From NCBI GenBank assembly GCA_030141605.1, contig JAQGDQ010002408.1, forward strand, positions 10,752 to 74,751: a DNA stretch of 64,000 bases, read 5' to 3'. The stretch comes from Tubiluchus corallicola. Taxonomy: Eukaryota > Animalia > Priapulida. Under the pieces are notes generated by a model, which did no database searches, was not told the origin of the DNA, and saw only the letters and a program-made list of their open reading frames with translations. Position numbers and translations under genes: made by a program. Within the stretch, counting starts at the first letter, position 1. Each line of letters begins with the position of its first letter. Below are positions 61,156 through 64,000 of the stretch, one piece after another.

Positions 61156-64000
61156 ATGAGACCCATTGCTTTACTCTTGGCCTTTCTGCACTTGTGCAGC
61201 GTTCTGTACCCGCAGAGCCGAGACCAAAACTACGTGCGCATAAAACGAGCAAAAGTATCAGGGATGAGTGCCTATGAGCTAAGCAATACCACCAACCCAG
61301 CAGCAGCCTCAACCACCATTATCTACACCGATGGAGCCGACCGCCCCCTACAAACCAACCACCTGAACGCCTCCATCTACCAAAACGACCACATAGAATT
61401 TCATAAATACGACATAGCAGGCAGACAACCCTTTAGCTATATGCCAATGCAACTCAACATCAAAGGCGACTACCTACACAACTGGGAAAACATACTAAAC
61501 CAAGCCCACACAGACATACCCAGCGCACAAAGCATATTCAACCCACGCGGTCAAGTAATAGAACAAGGTGGCTTTGGACAGAAATACCAAATAGGCACAA
61601 ACCACACTACCAAAATTGAACGCTACGCCAACACCGACATCTTCCTACACAAAGAATATGACGCATTCACCGAAAAATACGAAGACAAAAAATACCCCCC
61701 CGGCTACATAAGCATAGTCAGTACCACCGACCCTCAAGGCATACAACACACCACATACACCTCATACAAAGGTCAACTATTCAAAAGAGAAAGCCAGATA
61801 AACAAAGAAACCCTAACCACACTCTACTACTACGACTTTCACTATGGCAACCTTACCGCCATACTCCCCCCACTATCCAAAGGAGATATCAACAATCACC
61901 ATTACGTCTATCAATTCATCCACGACAAAAAAGGACGCCTTATCCGCAAACACATACCACAAGCAGGTACCATACACCTTAGCTACGACCACTTAGACAG
62001 ACTGATAGAAGAAGAAGACACAGAAGGCAACACCTCCTACATAGACTACGACCGCTACAGCCGCGTAATAGCCACAGGCATAAAAAAAGACGGAAAAAAG
62101 ATACCCCTATCAGAAACCCACTACGACGACTACGACTTCCCCTTTGCACAGTCAGCACCACCCTACGAACCCCTTGGCAAGCCCTATCACAACGTAAAGA
62201 CACAAGTAACAGGCACACGAACCCGCATACTTGGCACCGACCAATGGATAGAAAGCGTAATATACTACGACAAATACAACAGAGTAGTACAATCCTTCTC
62301 CTCCAACAACATAGGCGGAATAGACGCAGTATTTACCAACTACCATTTCGATGGCAGAGTAAGACAACTATTTACCTACAAAAACTTCTTAGACTTTGAC
62401 AAGCAACACTTTGCACGTAAGGATTACCAATACTACCACAACGACATGTTGAAATCCATCCACTACCAAGAGCAGGGAGACAAAAACACCTATGAAATAG
62501 CCTATTACCGCTACGATGAAAAAGGCAACAAAAGCTATGAACGACTGTATGAAGGACAAATAAGAACAAACTACCATTACGACTTCCACTACCGCCTTAC
62601 CCAAATAGAAACTAACAACGACAAAAACGAACAGCTTTTTTACGAAAGGATAGAGTATGACGAGCCTCACGAGTATATGAGCAACACCCCTATGTACAAC
62701 GGCAACATTACAGCTATGGAGTGGAAGACCAAAAACACACCCCTATCAGGCTATGCCTTCTCTTATGACGATGCTAACCAACTGACAAGAGCTATCTACT
62801 ACCAAGACACAAAAGAGGAGAACACTTACAACACAGCTTACTCTTACGACAAACACGGGAACATTACTACCCTACACCGCAAGGGACATCTACGTAATGA
62901 AGTGTATGGCGACTTGGATGATTTGGAGTATGAATACACGGGCAACCAACTCACCACTCTACACCGTAAAAGCCTGCAAAAGATAACAGTATATCCGGGT
63001 GATATGGACAATAGCGGCTTAGTAGAGCCAGCCGACATATTGCCATTGGGCTTGCACTATGGAAGCACAGCCACCCCAAGGGACGAAGATGAGCAAGGCA
63101 CGGAGTGGAAGCCCTACACAACTATTACCAGTACCCCACAGTTTAGCTATATGGATGCGGATGGTGACGGCATTATAGACCTAAAAGACACCCTTGCCAT
63201 ACAAGAGAACCTACGCAGAACGCACGATGAAAAAGACCAAACACCCGAAGAAGTGCTAGGCACTTATACTTATGATGAGTTGGGTAACTTGGTGGAGGAT
63301 AGCTACAAGGGACTACGTATTAGCTACAACGACATCAACCTACCTGATACAATGGAGGTAGTAGGCAAAGGAAAGATAGTAAACACCTACATAGCGGATG
63401 GCTCACTTTTAAGACGTGAGATATTTAACAAAAACGATAGCCTCTTGCTAAAATACGATTATCAAGGTGCGTATCTGTATATTAATGATACGCTTGTACT
63501 TGTGAGTAACCCTTTAGGCTATACCTTGAAGGGTGAGGAAGAGGACACAAAGGCAGTGTTACTCACCGACCACTTGGGGCATACACGAGTAGTTGCTGAC
63601 AACAAGGGCGAGGTGCTACAAGAAACGGCTTACTACCCTTATGGACAAACGATAGAGAAACTAAGTAGAAATGAACTACCTGATAATGTAAAAAGCCAAT
63701 ACCTCTACACGGGCAAGGAGCATTTGGAGTATTTTAATATTAACTTGCACGATTTTCACGCACGACAGTACGATGCTAATTTGGGAAGGTGGTTTGCAGT
63801 AGATCCTGCTTTGCAGATGCACTCACCTTACCAAGCTATGGGCAATAGCCCTATGATGTTTGTAGATCCTGATGGGGAGTGGATATTTTTAGCAGCAGCC
63901 GTTGTAGGAGCAATAATAGGAGGATATAGTGGCTACAAGATAGGAGAGGCTAATGATGCTAAAGGTTGGGAAATGTTTGGGTATATAATGGGCGGGGCTG
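61156..64000 (+). CDS. DUF6443 Rhs-repeat polymorphic toxin (3' partial, not in the ORF track) with an internal dockerin-like domain
   Basis: Manual translation is open from ATG 61156 to the window end: signal peptide, QNYV..IYTDGADRPLQ, YD repeats, YNGNITAMEW, TDHLGHTR, YYPYG, YLYTGKE, ARQYDANLGRW, PMMFVDPDG (DPDG 63865-63876), then Gly-rich hydrophobic segment. Confidence 0.93.
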   Translation, partial: MRPIALLLAFLHLCSVLYPQSRDQNYVRIKRAKVSGMSAYELSNTTNPAAASTTIIYTDGADRPLQTNHLNASIYQNDHIEFHKYDIAGRQPFSYMPMQLNIKGDYLHNWENILNQAHTDIPSAQSIFNPRGQVIEQGGFGQKYQIGTNHTTKIERYANTDIFLHKEYDAFTEKYEDKKYPPGYISIVSTTDPQGIQHTTYTSYKGQLFKRESQINKETLTTLYYYDFHYGNLTAILPPLSKGDINNHHYVYQFIHDKKGRLIRKHIPQAGTIHLSYDHLDRLIEEEDTEGNTSYIDYDRYSRVIATGIKKDGKKIPLSETHYDDYDFPFAQSAPPYEPLGKPYHNVKTQVTGTRTRILGTDQWIESVIYYDKYNRVVQSFSSNNIGGIDAVFTNYHFDGRVRQLFTYKNFLDFDKQHFARKDYQYYHNDMLKSIHYQEQGDKNTYEIAYYRYDEKGNKSYERLYEGQIRTNYHYDFHYRLTQIETNNDKNEQLFYERIEYDEPHEYMSNTPMYNGNITAMEWKTKNTPLSGYAFSYDDANQLTRAIYYQDTKEENTYNTAYSYDKHGNITTLHRKGHLRNEVYGDLDDLEYEYTGNQLTTLHRKSLQKITVYPGDMDNSGLVEPADILPLGLHYGSTATPRDEDEQGTEWKPYTTITSTPQFSYMDADGDGIIDLKDTLAIQENLRRTHDEKDQTPEEVLGTYTYDELGNLVEDSYKGLRISYNDINLPDTMEVVGKGKIVNTYIADGSLLRREIFNKNDSLLLKYDYQGAYLYINDTLVLVSNPLGYTLKGEEEDTKAVLLTDHLGHTRVVADNKGEVLQETAYYPYGQTIEKLSRNELPDNVKSQYLYTGKEHLEYFNINLHDFHARQYDANLGRWFAVDPALQMHSPYQAMGNSPMMFVDPDGEWIFLAAAVVGAIIGGYSGYKIGEANDAKGWEMFGYIMGGA

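Noticed and set aside
61106-63038. Short minus-strand ORFs suggesting a gene-poor region
   Set aside because: The plus strand is one uninterrupted Rhs reading frame from 61156 to the window end, omitted from the track only because it has no stop codon
1-64000. CRISPR arrays, tRNA/rRNA genes, IS elements
   Set aside because: No regularly spaced repeats, cloverleaf or rRNA-like sequence, or transposase ORFs seen

Overview
Low-GC Bacteroidota (probably Bacteroidales-like) chromosomal window from a draft assembly, with one 440-nt N gap and several frameshifts. It has three parts. (1) 1-23.9 kb is housekeeping: nfeD 3' end, lon, a GlmU-like nucleotidyltransferase, rpmE2, dxs, glyQS, YitT, a DUF5723 outer-membrane protein with its lipoprotein partner, a 3'-5' exonuclease, gltBD, rdgB and the T9SS gene porZ. 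(2) 24.0-54.5 kb is a minus-strand, LacI-regulated uronate polysaccharide utilisation locus: two SusC/SusD pairs, two PL38-like lyase paralogs with near-identical ends, GH88, two GH2, a GH50-like enzyme, an SGNH esterase, two beta-helix enzymes and uxuB/uxuA. (3) 54.9-64 kb is the most unusual part, a four-gene plus-strand locus in which every product has a Sec-type signal peptide: a cohesin-like + T9SS-CTD protein, a YD-repeat shell protein ending in a GIGxMxI..FxI peptide, a phage/eCIS-type tail fibre, and a DUF6443 Rhs protein (absent from the ORF track because it runs off the window) with a dockerin-like domain inserted inside its Rhs core. My hypothesis is a tail-less, fibre-targeted Rhs toxin particle coupled to the T9SS by a cohesin-dockerin pair. 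Family assignments are from motif recognition by eye, not from database searches.
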